Positions 10,175-20,934 of a DNA stretch of 64,000 bases are shown piece after piece (position 1 is the first letter of the stretch; each line of letters opens with the position of its first letter). The position numbers were made by a program, and so were the translations under genes. A model generated the notes under the pieces. That model saw only the letters and a list, made by a program, of their open reading frames with translations. It ran no database searches and was not told the origin of the DNA. Source of the DNA: an uncultured Acidobacteriota bacterium (GTDB lineage Bacteria; Acidobacteriota; Terriglobia; UBA7540); NCBI GenBank assembly GCA_963804995.1, contig CAWDSK010000003.1:256001-320000 (forward strand), given 5' to 3'.

Positions 10175-11968
10175 TCAGGCTTGAGGGAGTGACACTTGAT
10201 CCGCTGGGATCGCGGGGGCGGCGATGACGGTTCGGCGCCGGACCTCAAACTTGGTCAGGCTGCCCTTGGAGTAGGCGGAGTCCAGGGCGTCGACGACGAT
10301 GGGATCATACTTGCTGCCCGCGTGCTTGCGCAGGATTTCGAGCGCCTTGGGGAATTCTGAGCCCGCCTGGTAGGGCCGGTCAGTGGTGATAGCGTCGAAG
10401 GTATCGGCCACGGCGATGATCCGCACCATGAGGGGCAATTCATCACCCTTCACCCCGTCCGGGTAACCCCGCCCATTCAGCGCTTCGTGGTGCCACCGGA
10501 TGCCCGGGAGCATTTCGGAAAGCTGTTTCACCTGGCGCACAATTTCATACCCCATCACGGTGTGCCGCTTCATGATTTCAAACTCTTCGTTGGTGAGTAC
10601 GCCGGGCTTCTTCAGCACGCGGTCTTCAATCCCGATCTTGCCGACATCGTGCAGGGTGGCGGAAATTCGGACCTTGTCAACCTCTTCATCCGGCAAGCCC
10701 AGTTCGCGCGCCAGAATCAAGGAGAACTGGGCGACGCGCCCGGAGTGGCCTTTGGTGTACGGGTCCTTGGCGTCGACGGCGGCCGCGATCATCTCAATCG
10801 AATCCATAAAGAGCTGGCGGTTCTGCTCCGACGCCATCTGCAGATTGCCGATGTAACGTTGAATGTCTTCGGCCATCAGGTTGAAGGTTTCGGCAAGCTC
10901 CCCGATTTCGGTGCGGCTGTGGAACAGGGCGCGCTGCGAAAAATCGCGCTGGGCGATGGAACGTGCTGTCTGGGTCAGCGAGTCGATGGGATGGGTGATG
11001 GTTTTAGCAGCCAGGAATCCAATCACCAGACTGAGGATGACCAAGAGAAGACCCCAGCGGAAAGTCGCCCGCCGCATTTCATAAACCGTGAAGTAGGCAT
11101 CGCTCAGCTTGTGCTGCACGATGACACCCCAACCGAGTTTCTGCGTGGGCGCGCTGGTTCCCAGCATGGTGACCATCTGGTTGCCTTGGGGCAGGTCGAA
11201 CAAAGAAGTCTCCGCCACCGGGGCGCGATAGGCCAAAAACCTCTGCACGATGGGAAGGCCCGCCATATCCACACCGGCAAACTTGTCGGGGTCATACGAG
11301 GTTACCAGGTGTCCGGCGTTGTCAACCACGTAAGCTTCCAGGCCGGTCCCGCGGCTGGTGTCCTGCAACTGTTGGGTAATAGGCTCCAGCGTCACCACCG
11401 CCGCTACCATCCCCAGGAACTTATCCTTCTGCTTGATCGGTTCCGCCATCACCATGACCGGCTCGTTCTGGCCGGCCCGCGAAATGGTGATAGGGTTGCT
11501 GCGGTACTCCTGCCCCTGCCGGGCGGCAACGTAGGCGGCTTCGATCGCCTTGCTCAGGAATGCATCAGCACTTGCCTTGTAGTTGCCCGCCTCCCTTCCC
11601 CGAGCCTGGTCATTGAGCACAGTGGCGTCGAGCACCGAGGGGTGGTCCGCCACAAAACCTTCGAGCGCCGTGCGCAATCCGGTATCGGTGGCGTAATTGG
11701 CGGCAGGAATATGCGTGGCGAGCGGCAGGACCGTGTCAAAAAACTCTTTCAATTGCTGGTTCAGGTTCTCCATGTAAAGCGAAATGACTTGGGCGAGTGA
11801 TTGCGAGGTAATCGTCTGGAGAACACGCTCCTGGGTCTCCAGCGTTTCCTTGTTCATCGACAGCATCTTGGATCCGTAAAAACTTAACGGAACCACACTG
11901 ATGCCGATCAGGATCAGCAGGATGACGTACAGGATTCGGATACGCCATTTTTTTCTTTGAGCTTTCAT
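10175..11968 (-). CDS. Cache/HAMP sensor HD-GYP c-di-GMP phosphodiesterase
   Basis: Two TM helices, HAMP region, KDPYTKGHSGRV, LHDVGKI and HHEALNGRGYP. Confidence 0.92.
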   Translation of the reverse strand: MKAQRKKWRIRILYVILLILIGISVVPLSFYGSKMLSMNKETLETQERVLQTITSQSLAQVISLYMENLNQQLKEFFDTVLPLATHIPAANYATDTGLRTALEGFVADHPSVLDATVLNDQARGREAGNYKASADAFLSKAIEAAYVAARQGQEYRSNPITISRAGQNEPVMVMAEPIKQKDKFLGMVAAVVTLEPITQQLQDTSRGTGLEAYVVDNAGHLVTSYDPDKFAGVDMAGLPIVQRFLAYRAPVAETSLFDLPQGNQMVTMLGTSAPTQKLGWGVIVQHKLSDAYFTVYEMRRATFRWGLLLVILSLVIGFLAAKTITHPIDSLTQTARSIAQRDFSQRALFHSRTEIGELAETFNLMAEDIQRYIGNLQMASEQNRQLFMDSIEMIAAAVDAKDPYTKGHSGRVAQFSLILARELGLPDEEVDKVRISATLHDVGKIGIEDRVLKKPGVLTNEEFEIMKRHTVMGYEIVRQVKQLSEMLPGIRWHHEALNGRGYPDGVKGDELPLMVRIIAVADTFDAITTDRPYQAGSEFPKALEILRKHAGSKYDPIVVDALDSAYSKGSLTKFEVRRRTVIAAPAIPADQVSLPQA

Positions 11969-12374
11969 TCACGGCCCTATACTTCTCATATTAGGCAAAC
12001 ACGCAGATGAAATCAATAGGTGGATTGACGATTGCCGGACAGCGTTTGACTTGCGTCACTTTCAGGATGATGACTGCCGTAACTCGGAGCGCCATATTAG
12101 TGCTGTAATCCGGACTCCACTAGGCAAAACCTGGACTTGAACTGTAAGTCCATGAAACAATTTGACTTCGCTTCGGAGGTAACACTGGCATCCATCCGGT
12201 AAATACCCCATGTATGGGGGTACACCCTCTATGTAGCCCCTTGTACACCTTTGTCAACCTTCGCAGCGCAGCACGGGGGTTCTCGACGCGCAAATTCCTC
12301 TTTCAGTTGCCTTCTGAGTAGCATATAACACTGGGCTTTCTTTTCCATAGAGTTTTAATTATCCGGAGATTGCT

Positions 12375-14925
12375 GTGCTCAAGGACTCCCCAGGAACTAC
12401 GCCAAGCTTGACGAAGCAAGTTCAAGTTTTTCTCTTCGTTTCAGGATTCTCGGCGCTCGTGTTGGAAGTCGTTTATGTAAAACTGCTGCGCTATTGGGTG
12501 GGGAATACGGCCTATTCAGTCGCGGCGGTCCTCTGCGCCTACATGCTTGGGCTCGCCCTGGGCAGCGCATTGGCCGGCAAGTGGTGGGTCCGGTTCCCGC
12601 GGCTTCTGGCTGTTTACGGCGCCATGGAGCTCGCGATCGGATTGTATTCCGCAGGGCTGCCCTGGACGATGCAGTGGCTCAAACCTGTCTACCTTGGGCT
12701 GACTTCTCTAGTCGGCCCGGACTCGCATCTGGCTCTGGTGGGGCACTTCACCGCTTCGGTCACCGTGCTTTTGTTTCCCACCCTGATGATGGGGGCAACT
12801 TACCCAGTGGTAACGCGCTCCGCCTCCCAGGCGCGGCGAGACAGCGTGGACGCCGCAGAAAAACTCTATTACTCGAACCTCGCGGGGGCTGCCTTGGGAA
12901 CCCTGCTCAGCGACTTCCTGATGATTCGCTTCTGGGGACTGGGGAACACGCTTTTCCTCGTGGCGGGAATCAATTCGCTGTTAGCAATCTGGGCCTTTTA
13001 CCTCGAGTTGGCGCCGCGGCGTGGCGACGCACCCCGCCATCGAGCCCGTGGCCGTCGCGCCCTCCAATCGCCACAGCAGCGTTGCCATTCTCGCGGTGGC
13101 TTTTCTCGGTGGATTCCTGGTGCTCTTCCTGGAAATGGTTTGGACGAGCATGGTGGGCCGTTTCCTTGACAACACTGTATACGCCTTTGCTGTCACGTTG
13201 TTTGCCGTTATAGCGGGCCTGGGAGCGGGGGCGCGCATTGTAAACCGGTTGGTGGCACGCGGCAGACTTACCGGGCTGCTTCCCGCCTGCTGCCTGGGAA
13301 CGGGTGTCCTGGTGATGACCCTGCTTCCTTTCTGGGGCTGGTCTCGCATCATAGCGGGCGACCACCCGGTGTGGTGTGTAGCCGGAGCCGGGGTTCTGCT
13401 CTGGGTAGTGGTGTTCGCCATCGATTCCCGGCTGAAGGCATCGCTCTGGTACTTGCTCGTGGCAGCGGGATTGGTTGCGGCCATTCTCTATCGTCACCGC
13501 ACCGACCCACAAGGATCGGCCTTTTGGATTCTACACGGAGTCGATTTTTGTGTGTCCGTGCTCTTCATGGTCGGGCCGGCCGTCTTGATGGGGATGATCT
13601 TTCCTCTGGTGCTGCGCTGGTCCCTGCTAGACAGCGAAGCGGTATCGGTAGCGCGCGTGTATGCCGTGAATACGGTAGGTTGTCTGGCAGGGGTTTTAGC
13701 AGCTACTTTTCTGGTTTTACCTCGCCTGGGGGTGGAGCGCAGTGGCCGCCTGGTGGGCTTGGGATTTTTCCTGCTTGGACTCGCTCTGGCGTTGCCGGCC
13801 TCGGGAGTCCGCCGGCGTTGGGCATTGGCCTTGGCGTTGGTAGCGTGGGTGGGCTGGCTCAGACTTGCCCCCGATTGGAATTTCTCCAGAACCTTGCAAT
13901 ATCTAGGGTATGAAGGGGCGGTGGTTTGTCAGCAAGAGGATATAAACGCGGGATTCACCACGGTCTTGCACAAAGATGAGTACTGGGAAATTTTCGTCAA
14001 TGAATTGTTCAACGGTGGCAACACGGCGGAAGAAAAGGACCAGGCGCGCATTGCCCTGATCCCCCTGCTTTATGTTCACAAATTCGACCGGGCCCTGATC
14101 GTGGGGATTGGAACCGGGGAAGCCGCCGCGCTGATGGGGGAATATCCCTTCCGGCACATCGACATCGTGGACCTCTCGCCGCGAGTCGTGGAAGCGGCCG
14201 ACCAGAATTTCGCCTTTTTGAATTTCGGCATCCTCAAGAATCCGCGGGCCAGCGTCCACGTTGACGATGGCCGGCATTATCTGTTCACTCACCCCAATCA
14301 GCTCAACCTGCTGACCATCGAAATCAACCGGATGTGGACGGCGGGCGAGGGCGATCTCTACACGCGGGAGTTCTACGAAATCTGTTCGGAGCGTCTGCAA
14401 AAGGACGGCATATTGCAGCAATGGGTTCCTCTGTTCAGTCTTTCCATTCCGGAGACCTTAATTATTATCCGTACCATCCGGCAGGTTTTCCCTTACGTGG
14501 TGCTTTACGTGGGCGGGGGAAGCGGCATGGTTGTGGCGTCACAATCTCCGTTGGAATTGGATATGGCCAGGCTCCGCACCATGGATAAGAACCCCAAGGT
14601 CAATGCGGTCTTGAAGCGCATCGATTTGGACTCCGCCGCGAGTCTGCTGGGCGATTTGGTGCTGCTACCGGACGGGACCAATGCCGTGCTCGGGCGCGAC
14701 CGCGATCAGCGAATCTCAACTGATCTCTGGCCCTACCTCGAATACTCCAATACCCGCTACCATGTGGGATTAACCAGCGTCATTCCCCTTTGGCAGTACC
14801 TCTTGAACGCCGAGGCATTCACGATTCCCGCCGTGGAGGGGGCCACTCCCTTGGAAAGGGCCATGATCATTCGGGCCGCTTCGCTGGAGCGACAACGCCA
14901 GTTCGCAAATCTCTCCGACCAGTGA
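12375..14925 (+). CDS. Fused MFS-like membrane domain / spermidine-synthase-like methyltransferase, with an apparent +1 frameshift near 13010
   Basis: Two overlapping ORFs: SGFSALVLEVVYVKLL membrane repeats, then LIVGIGTG, VDLSPRVV, DDGRHYL and LYTREFY. Confidence 0.85.
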
Positions 14926-14951
14926 TTCGCCAAACCATGCGGGCGTGTTTC

Positions 14952-14992
14952 GTAGCGCGGTCCCCCGCTTTTGGGGTCCGCGGTTCTTCGTT
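14952..14992 (+). repeat. GTAG-type REP family B
   Basis: GTAGCGCGGTCCCCCGCTTTTGGGGTCCGCGGTTCTTCGTT; copies at 19375-19410 and 48706-48746 (reverse). Confidence 0.75.
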
Positions 14993-15023
14993 CGCACTGC
15001 CTGCCGAATTGGTTGCTGGACGA

Positions 15024-15096
15024 CCCCCTCACCCGTCCCGCCCCGTCTGATGAAAACGCCGGTTGCGGTCCACCCTCTCCCCCAAAGGGGCGAGGG
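15024..15096 (+). repeat. REP-like family A copy
   Basis: Matches 4439-4510. Confidence 0.8.
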
Positions 15097-15154
15097 TAGT
15101 GAATTCCAGTTGACGCATCGCAGTAGCGACGAGGGGCGCCGACTCTAGTGCGTC

Positions 15155-17584
15155 TTATTTCGCTGCGCCGACCGCTCTCCAGGCTGTCTCCAATCCGATC
15201 CGGGCGTGCGCCTGGGTTTCGGCGGCGTTCTTATAATCGGCTTGGGCGGCAAGCCACGCCTGGTGAGTGGTGGGGTTCATTCCATTCAAAAGGACCTCGC
15301 GCGCGGCCTCGAACGCCAACTTCTTCTTCAACCGCTCCTGTTTGAGTTGCGCGAGTTTCTTGCGGTTCTCGTCCGAGGGATTCGCCTTGCACTCCTTCTC
15401 GGAGTCCCGCCAAGCTTTAAATGCCACTCCATACTCCTTGCCGGCTGCTTCGTAGGCTGACCGCAGCGGCGGCCGCGACTCGCTCGAGGCTTTCTTCCAT
15501 TGGTCAATCATGGCAAGTCGCTTGGTTTTGGTGTTCTTCTGAGCCGCGAGGTACGCTTGCCCTGCCTCCTGCGCCTGTTGCGCCGGGCTGGTGTCAGGCG
15601 CGCCCAGGCGGTACGAAACATTCTTGAAAGGGCTCGAGAGCGGGGCGAAGGCTACCGGGCGTTGCCATGGGCTGAGCGGTCCCCACGATGAACCCCAGGG
15701 CGGCATGGGATTCCCAGAGATCGGCTTGAGTGCGGCCACGGCCAACCCATGAATATTGAAGACGCCGTCGCGGAGCGCCTTGGCGTCCCCATCGATGTGA
15801 AATTCTCCCGCCGGCGCGAAATTCTGCGCGTTCAGAACCCAGGTTCTTTGGCCCCCGGGAACTTCAGAAAGCGCAATGACGGTGGTAGAAAGATTCGACA
15901 CGGTGACGAAGATGTTTCCCTGGCGGGTCTGGTCAGGCATCTGGAATCCCGAGGGGAGAGTTCCCAGATCGCTCAGCGATACGAGGTCGGGATTGACCCC
16001 GCCTCCCGTCCAATTGGACGACGGCATCCCGTTAAACCCGGTGAGCGTCAGATGCCAATGGGTGGAGGTGGGGAAAATTTTCGTGTGCAGATTGGCAGTA
16101 TCGATGGACATCATCAGCCTCATAAAAAACACAGGGAAGGCGTAGCGGAACATTCCATTCTGCACGTTGAGCGTATGCGCTCCGGGGGTCACGGTTTCGG
16201 GTGGCATGAAGTAATAGCTGTGCAGGTTCGAAGCCATGAAGCGCACCGGGAGGCCGTCCACGTCTACCCGCGTGCTGCCGCAGTCACCGGAGAAGTCGCC
16301 GCGCAAAACGCCCAGACGTCCCACTTGCAGGATGGGGGGCGCCACCAGGGCGTGAAAGGCATCTCGAACGTAATAATCCTGGGGGACAGCGTAGTTCAAA
16401 TAGTAGTCTTCGTTGTCTTTGTGCACATACGACATGCCGCCGTGGTAGAAAATATCCAGCCAGTGTTCCCATACCGCTTTCGCTTCCGCCACGTTTCGCA
16501 CCGCGTCCAGAGGCAAATGGTAGGCCAGGAAATCGGCGGCGTCTTGTGCGTCGTCCTGATCATCCTCAATCTCATCGAGGACCCAGTCCGGCGCCCCATC
16601 GTTATAAGCATCCCAATACTCCTCCTCGTAATCAGTGACTTTGAACCAGAGATAGTTGAGGGCGCCGAGCCAGTAGTTCAAGTCGCCGCCATTCCAAACC
16701 GGCGGCGAGATGACAGGTTCCCGCGCCCATGCCGGCGCCCCCAAGCTGAGGTTGGTGGTGAAGGTCGGGTCCTTCGGCTGATACTCTTGCCGGGCGATCA
16801 GAGAGAGGGTGCTCGTCCCCGGCGGGACGGTTAGAGTGAAGTGACCATCGACTACCCGCTGCGGGCCGGAATCCTCGCTGCCGATGTTGAGACCCTGATA
16901 GTCCGCCCCAGAGAACTGTCCCCCCTGTAGGCTCACGGTAAAGGTTTTCACAGTGAAGCCGGGGACGCTCGAGTAGTTTTTGGCTTCGTTCGCGGGCATA
17001 ACCGTACCGGAGAATGTATCGCCGGCTTGCAAGTTGGCCGGCACGATCATCCCCAGCTCCGTCGGCTCGTAAGAGACATTGCCAATCTTTTTGTCGGGCG
17101 GCGTGGAGGGCGTCTCGGTTTTCGTAGCTTTTACTTCCTGGTACGTGCCGGTCGCGGGATCCCAAACGTAGCCCTTTTTGTCGACCCAGTCCCAAATTGA
17201 GCTACTCGTTTGATTGCCCTGGGAATCATATTTTCGTAACACAGTTTTGACAAGCCGGCCGTTCGCGTCAAACAAATCCATGTCATCGTACAGAAGAGTT
17301 CCATCCTCCGCGCGATAGTCCAGATGGTTGATTTCAATCAGCTTGTGTGTGTCGGGATCGTAGGAATAGGTGGAAACGATGCGGAGTTTGCCCTTGGGAT
17401 CGGCGTACTCTTTTCGGTAAACCGTGCCGTCGGGGTTGTAGTACGTCGTGATAGTCGACCCTGGCCCATAATCACTGGTCTTTTCCGTAGTCTGCTTCTG
17501 CGCGGTCAGGCGCAGGGCAATGAGCAAGATGAATAGAGTGGTGACGACGAAAACGATGGGCCGGACAACGTGGGCGCGGGGCAT
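15155..17584 (-). CDS. Large secreted hypothetical protein
   Basis: 809 aa from ATG 17584 with GGAGG RBS; signal peptide; Y/D/G-rich N-terminal beta region; helical Ala/Lys-rich C-terminus. Confidence 0.75.
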   Translation of the reverse strand: MPRAHVVRPIVFVVTTLFILLIALRLTAQKQTTEKTSDYGPGSTITTYYNPDGTVYRKEYADPKGKLRIVSTYSYDPDTHKLIEINHLDYRAEDGTLLYDDMDLFDANGRLVKTVLRKYDSQGNQTSSSIWDWVDKKGYVWDPATGTYQEVKATKTETPSTPPDKKIGNVSYEPTELGMIVPANLQAGDTFSGTVMPANEAKNYSSVPGFTVKTFTVSLQGGQFSGADYQGLNIGSEDSGPQRVVDGHFTLTVPPGTSTLSLIARQEYQPKDPTFTTNLSLGAPAWAREPVISPPVWNGGDLNYWLGALNYLWFKVTDYEEEYWDAYNDGAPDWVLDEIEDDQDDAQDAADFLAYHLPLDAVRNVAEAKAVWEHWLDIFYHGGMSYVHKDNEDYYLNYAVPQDYYVRDAFHALVAPPILQVGRLGVLRGDFSGDCGSTRVDVDGLPVRFMASNLHSYYFMPPETVTPGAHTLNVQNGMFRYAFPVFFMRLMMSIDTANLHTKIFPTSTHWHLTLTGFNGMPSSNWTGGGVNPDLVSLSDLGTLPSGFQMPDQTRQGNIFVTVSNLSTTVIALSEVPGGQRTWVLNAQNFAPAGEFHIDGDAKALRDGVFNIHGLAVAALKPISGNPMPPWGSSWGPLSPWQRPVAFAPLSSPFKNVSYRLGAPDTSPAQQAQEAGQAYLAAQKNTKTKRLAMIDQWKKASSESRPPLRSAYEAAGKEYGVAFKAWRDSEKECKANPSDENRKKLAQLKQERLKKKLAFEAAREVLLNGMNPTTHQAWLAAQADYKNAAETQAHARIGLETAWRAVGAAK

Positions 17585-17976
17585 GGGTGCCTCCTCCGTT
17601 TCTCTGCAATATTGCAAAGATCAATAATGCCTGAAGGCCGATAACCCGGGACGAACCATAATGTAGCAGCCAAAACGGCTTTTACGCCGCAGGACTCCGG
17701 GCGCAGTTTCCTGACCGCGCCATCGCAGCTTGTGATCCAATCCAGAATGTAAGTGGTAGAGCCCTACGCCCCTTCAGTATACACCCCGCCGGCCGGTGCG
17801 CAACAGGAATGTCTAAAAATCTTGCCTTCTTTTATGCAAACATTTTGAATCTGGAGTAGGGCCGACGCTTGCGTCGGCCTTACAAAACCGCAGGGTATCC
17901 ACTTTGCATGATTGGGTGCTGCTCCCCCCGAGCGGTGCCGCCCATCAACTTCGCGGGATAGAAATTGAAAGCATAG

Positions 17977-18044
17977 CCCTCTCCGAGGGGAGAGGGTGGA
18001 CCGCCCCCGGCGTTTTCACCAGCCGGGGCGGGACGGGTGAGGGG
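17977..18044 (-). repeat. REP-like family A copy
   Basis: Reverse complement resembles 15024-15096. Confidence 0.75.
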
Positions 18045-18174
18045 TTACTCCGTAGCTGAGCTGAATGTTGCGACCGCATACATGCCAAAATGCGGCACGT
18101 ATGCGCCACCCGCGCAACCGCATTTTTGCCCTCGTGTTGTCGCCCCCGCAATTCCTGCTATAATCCCCCCCACC

Positions 18175-19278
18175 ATGATGCGAAAAACTCTGGCATTTGT
18201 GATTTTAATCGCCGCGTCCCTGTGTCCGCTGGTGGCTGAGGACGCGCCGCTGCACTGGGTGACGCTCCCCCACCCGCCCATGCAAATCAACGGTCTCCCC
18301 TGGTACAGCGAAAACGGCGGCGACCTCTATCGCCTGCCTGCCAAGCTGAAAGACACCTATCGCGAGCCCGTCTGGAATCTGGCCAAAGACCCCAGCGGCG
18401 GCCGTATCCGTTTCCGCACCAACTCTTCCCTGCTGGCCATTCGGCTCGAGTATCCCAAGCCGCCCGATGGGACCAACATGCACGCCTTCGGGCAGACCGG
18501 AGTGGATCTGTACGCCGACGGCGTGTATCGCGGCACGGCCATCGACGACCGTGAGGCAAAGCCAGGCACGCCCATCGAGCACACCTATTTCAAAGACCAG
18601 CCACGCCTCGACCGCGAAATCATTCTCTACCTGCCGCTTTACATGCCCGTAAAGGTTCTGGGAATCGGGCTGGACGCGGAGGCTCACCTGGAAGCGCCCA
18701 AGCCCTTCGCGGCCAGCGACCCCGTGGTTTTCTATGGCACCTCAATCACCCAGGGAGGCTGCGCCAGCCGGCCCGGCATGAGCTATCAGGCCATTCTGGG
18801 CCGCCTGCTCAATTTGGATTTCGTCAATCTTGGCTTCTCGGGGAATGGCCGGGGTGAGCCGGAACTCGCGCACGCCATGGCCAGCATCAAGGCCTCCTGC
18901 TATGTCCTGGATCTGGCCCAGAACAATCCCACCGTCGAATCGCTCACCCAGGTGTACGCACCGTTCCTGGATGTCATCCGTAGCGCGCACCCGGACACGC
19001 CGATTCTGGTGATCACCCCGATTTATGCCGCGCACGAATCCTGGTCGCGCGATGCGCGGCTGGAGGGTATGCGGGAATTGATCCGTCAGGTGGCCGCCCA
19101 AAGGATCGCCGCCGGGGACCATCATCTTGAAATTGTTGAGGGCACGGACTTGCTCGGCCCATCGCGGGGTGATGGTCTGGTGGACGGCACCCATCCCAAC
19201 GACCTGGGATTCCAGTGGATGGCCGAAGGTCTGACGGGGCGCATTGCGAAGCTGCTCAGCCTCAAGCCGGAGCGTTGA
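18175..19278 (+). CDS. SGNH/GDSL hydrolase with N-terminal GxDLY domain
   Basis: GVDLY, FYGTSITQG, NLGFSGNG and DGTHPNDLG; signal peptide; TGCTATAAT just upstream. Confidence 0.9.
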   Translation: MMRKTLAFVILIAASLCPLVAEDAPLHWVTLPHPPMQINGLPWYSENGGDLYRLPAKLKDTYREPVWNLAKDPSGGRIRFRTNSSLLAIRLEYPKPPDGTNMHAFGQTGVDLYADGVYRGTAIDDREAKPGTPIEHTYFKDQPRLDREIILYLPLYMPVKVLGIGLDAEAHLEAPKPFAASDPVVFYGTSITQGGCASRPGMSYQAILGRLLNLDFVNLGFSGNGRGEPELAHAMASIKASCYVLDLAQNNPTVESLTQVYAPFLDVIRSAHPDTPILVITPIYAAHESWSRDARLEGMRELIRQVAAQRIAAGDHHLEIVEGTDLLGPSRGDGLVDGTHPNDLGFQWMAEGLTGRIAKLLSLKPER

Positions 19279-19487
19279 TCCGCAGGCGGGAAAAGAGCCG
19301 AAGGCAGAAGGCGGAAAGCAGAAGGCAGCGAGCGCTTTGTGCGAGTCCCGACAGAGTCGGGAACCTCAGGAGGCGTAGCGCGGACCTCCGCCGTTGAGGT
19401 CCGCGGCTCTTCTTTCCAAATCCCAGTGAAGAACCCACGGCCACAAAAACGCTGACGGTGGCTGGGTGTGCGACAAATCTGTGTGGG

Positions 19488-20533
19488 TCAGGCCGCGCGG
19501 GGGCGACGGTTCTCCCAGTAATCCTCGAATTTGCCGCTCAAGCGATGGCAGCGAAGGGCGATGATGGCATTGGCCCCGCGGACCCTCCAGAACATACCGG
19601 AGCGCTTCAGCCGAGTGCCGATGAGGGTTTTGCAGCCGGCTTCGACGACCCCGGAACCTACGAACAGATGCTGACGCCGAAAGGTCGGATAGCGCATCCG
19701 TTGGGCGTTGACGGTAAAATAATCTGCCGCGTGGCGCAAGAGTTCGGCGGCTTCGGGCGTGGCTGGGAACAGCGAGCGCAAATCGCGCACTAGGGATTCG
19801 ATCCGCCCGCTCTCCAACTTCTCCTCCCGTTTTCTGGTCCACCTTCGGCGGTGGCGCTCGTCGGTGGGCCAGAGCTGGCCCGACAGCTCCCATAAGTGCT
19901 GTCGGGCATGATAAAGATCCACAATCTGAATGGCTCCCGGAAAGTGCTCGGCGGTGAGGTTCCAAATCCAAGGAGCACCATCGCCGATCACCACTTTCTT
20001 TTGGGCCCGGTTCCAGCCCCGACGATATGCTTCGAGGTAGATGCGTCGCCCAAAAACCTCGGCCGTTTCGATGCCTCCCGTGTAGGTGGTGGAGCCTTCT
20101 TCGCGCGCCGGTCGGCCCCGGGCATCCCGTGTCGTCTGGGCGAAGACACAACCTAATTTCACTTCCCGCGTGCGCGCTTGCTCGCTCTGTTTCCCCGCTC
20201 GACCCTCGGTTTCCGAACTCACCACCGGTACTCCCGTCCCATCCATCTCCACATAGAGTACCGGAATTTCCGGTCCCCTCACCTGCGGCAAGTTCCGTTG
20301 CAGGCCTTGCTGGATCGAGGCTTGTTCCTGGGCAGCAATCTCGGCGCCCAGAGCCTCTGCCTGCCGTTCCACGGCCTTGGTGGTCACCTCCAACCCGGCC
20401 AGCAGTTGCAGTTGTTCTCGACCGAGCGCAAAGGAGGTTTCGCTGCCCACCACCGCCATCATCCGTCGCACCCCAGGAGAATATTCCGTGCCCTCCACAT
20501 CCAGTTCCTGATCGCGGGGACTCTGTCCCCGGT
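19488..20533 (-). pseudogene. ISKra4-like transposase, C-terminal part
   Basis: YVEMDGTGVP, GDGAPWIW, DLYHARQHL and GSGVVEAGCK; joins the N-terminal part as CHRGQSPR|DQELDVEGTEYSPG. Confidence 0.9.
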
Positions 20534-20580
20534 CTGGACTTTGGCCTTTAACTAGATAAAGGCTGTCGGAAAGTATTTAC

Positions 20581-20626
20581 TTGCAGAAAAGCCAGTCTTC
20601 TGATATCTAGTTATATGACTAGATAT
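20581..20626 (+). promoter_or_regulatory. Putative IS promoter overlapped by a palindromic operator
   Basis: TTGCAG-17-TATCTA; ATATCTAGT-N6-ACTAGATAT at 20603-20626. Confidence 0.5.
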
Positions 20627-20646
20627 TCCTCAAGGAGGCTTTTCTC

Positions 20647-20934
20647 ATGGGGTTCCCTACCAAAGTACAGCTTATCAAACGCCAGGCGAGCGAGCAGTGG
20701 TACATCAACTTTCCTTCCGCCCTCGCCCAAGCCATGGAGTTTGCGCGCGGCGAATCGGTCGAATGGTTCGTCGAAAACAAAGGTCTGCTGGCCCTGCGAC
20801 GAGCCTCGCCGCCGCCTTCCGTGCTAAAAAAAACTCTACCGGCGTCCTCGCCGAACTCGAACAACTCTGGAGCCAATGTTTCCCGGGCTTCCGCCAGCGC
20901 CGCGTTGCCGCGCACGCCCAAGCCCTCGCGCTGA
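20647..20934 (+). CDS. IS ORF-A, AbrB/SpoVT-like small DNA-binding protein
   Basis: AAGGAGG RBS; TKVQLIKR...WYINFPSALAQAMEFARGESVEW...LALRR fits the swapped-hairpin pattern. Confidence 0.7.
   Translation: MGFPTKVQLIKRQASEQWYINFPSALAQAMEFARGESVEWFVENKGLLALRRASPPPSVLKKTLPASSPNSNNSGANVSRASASAALPRTPKPSR

Noticed and set aside
10487..11800. 437-aa plus-strand ORF
   Set aside because: Antisense to the well-supported HD-GYP gene.
17600..17800. Riboswitch upstream of the 809-aa gene; also considered at 1620-1980 and 9600-9800
   Set aside because: No recognisable conserved aptamer motif; an Rfam/Infernal scan would be needed.
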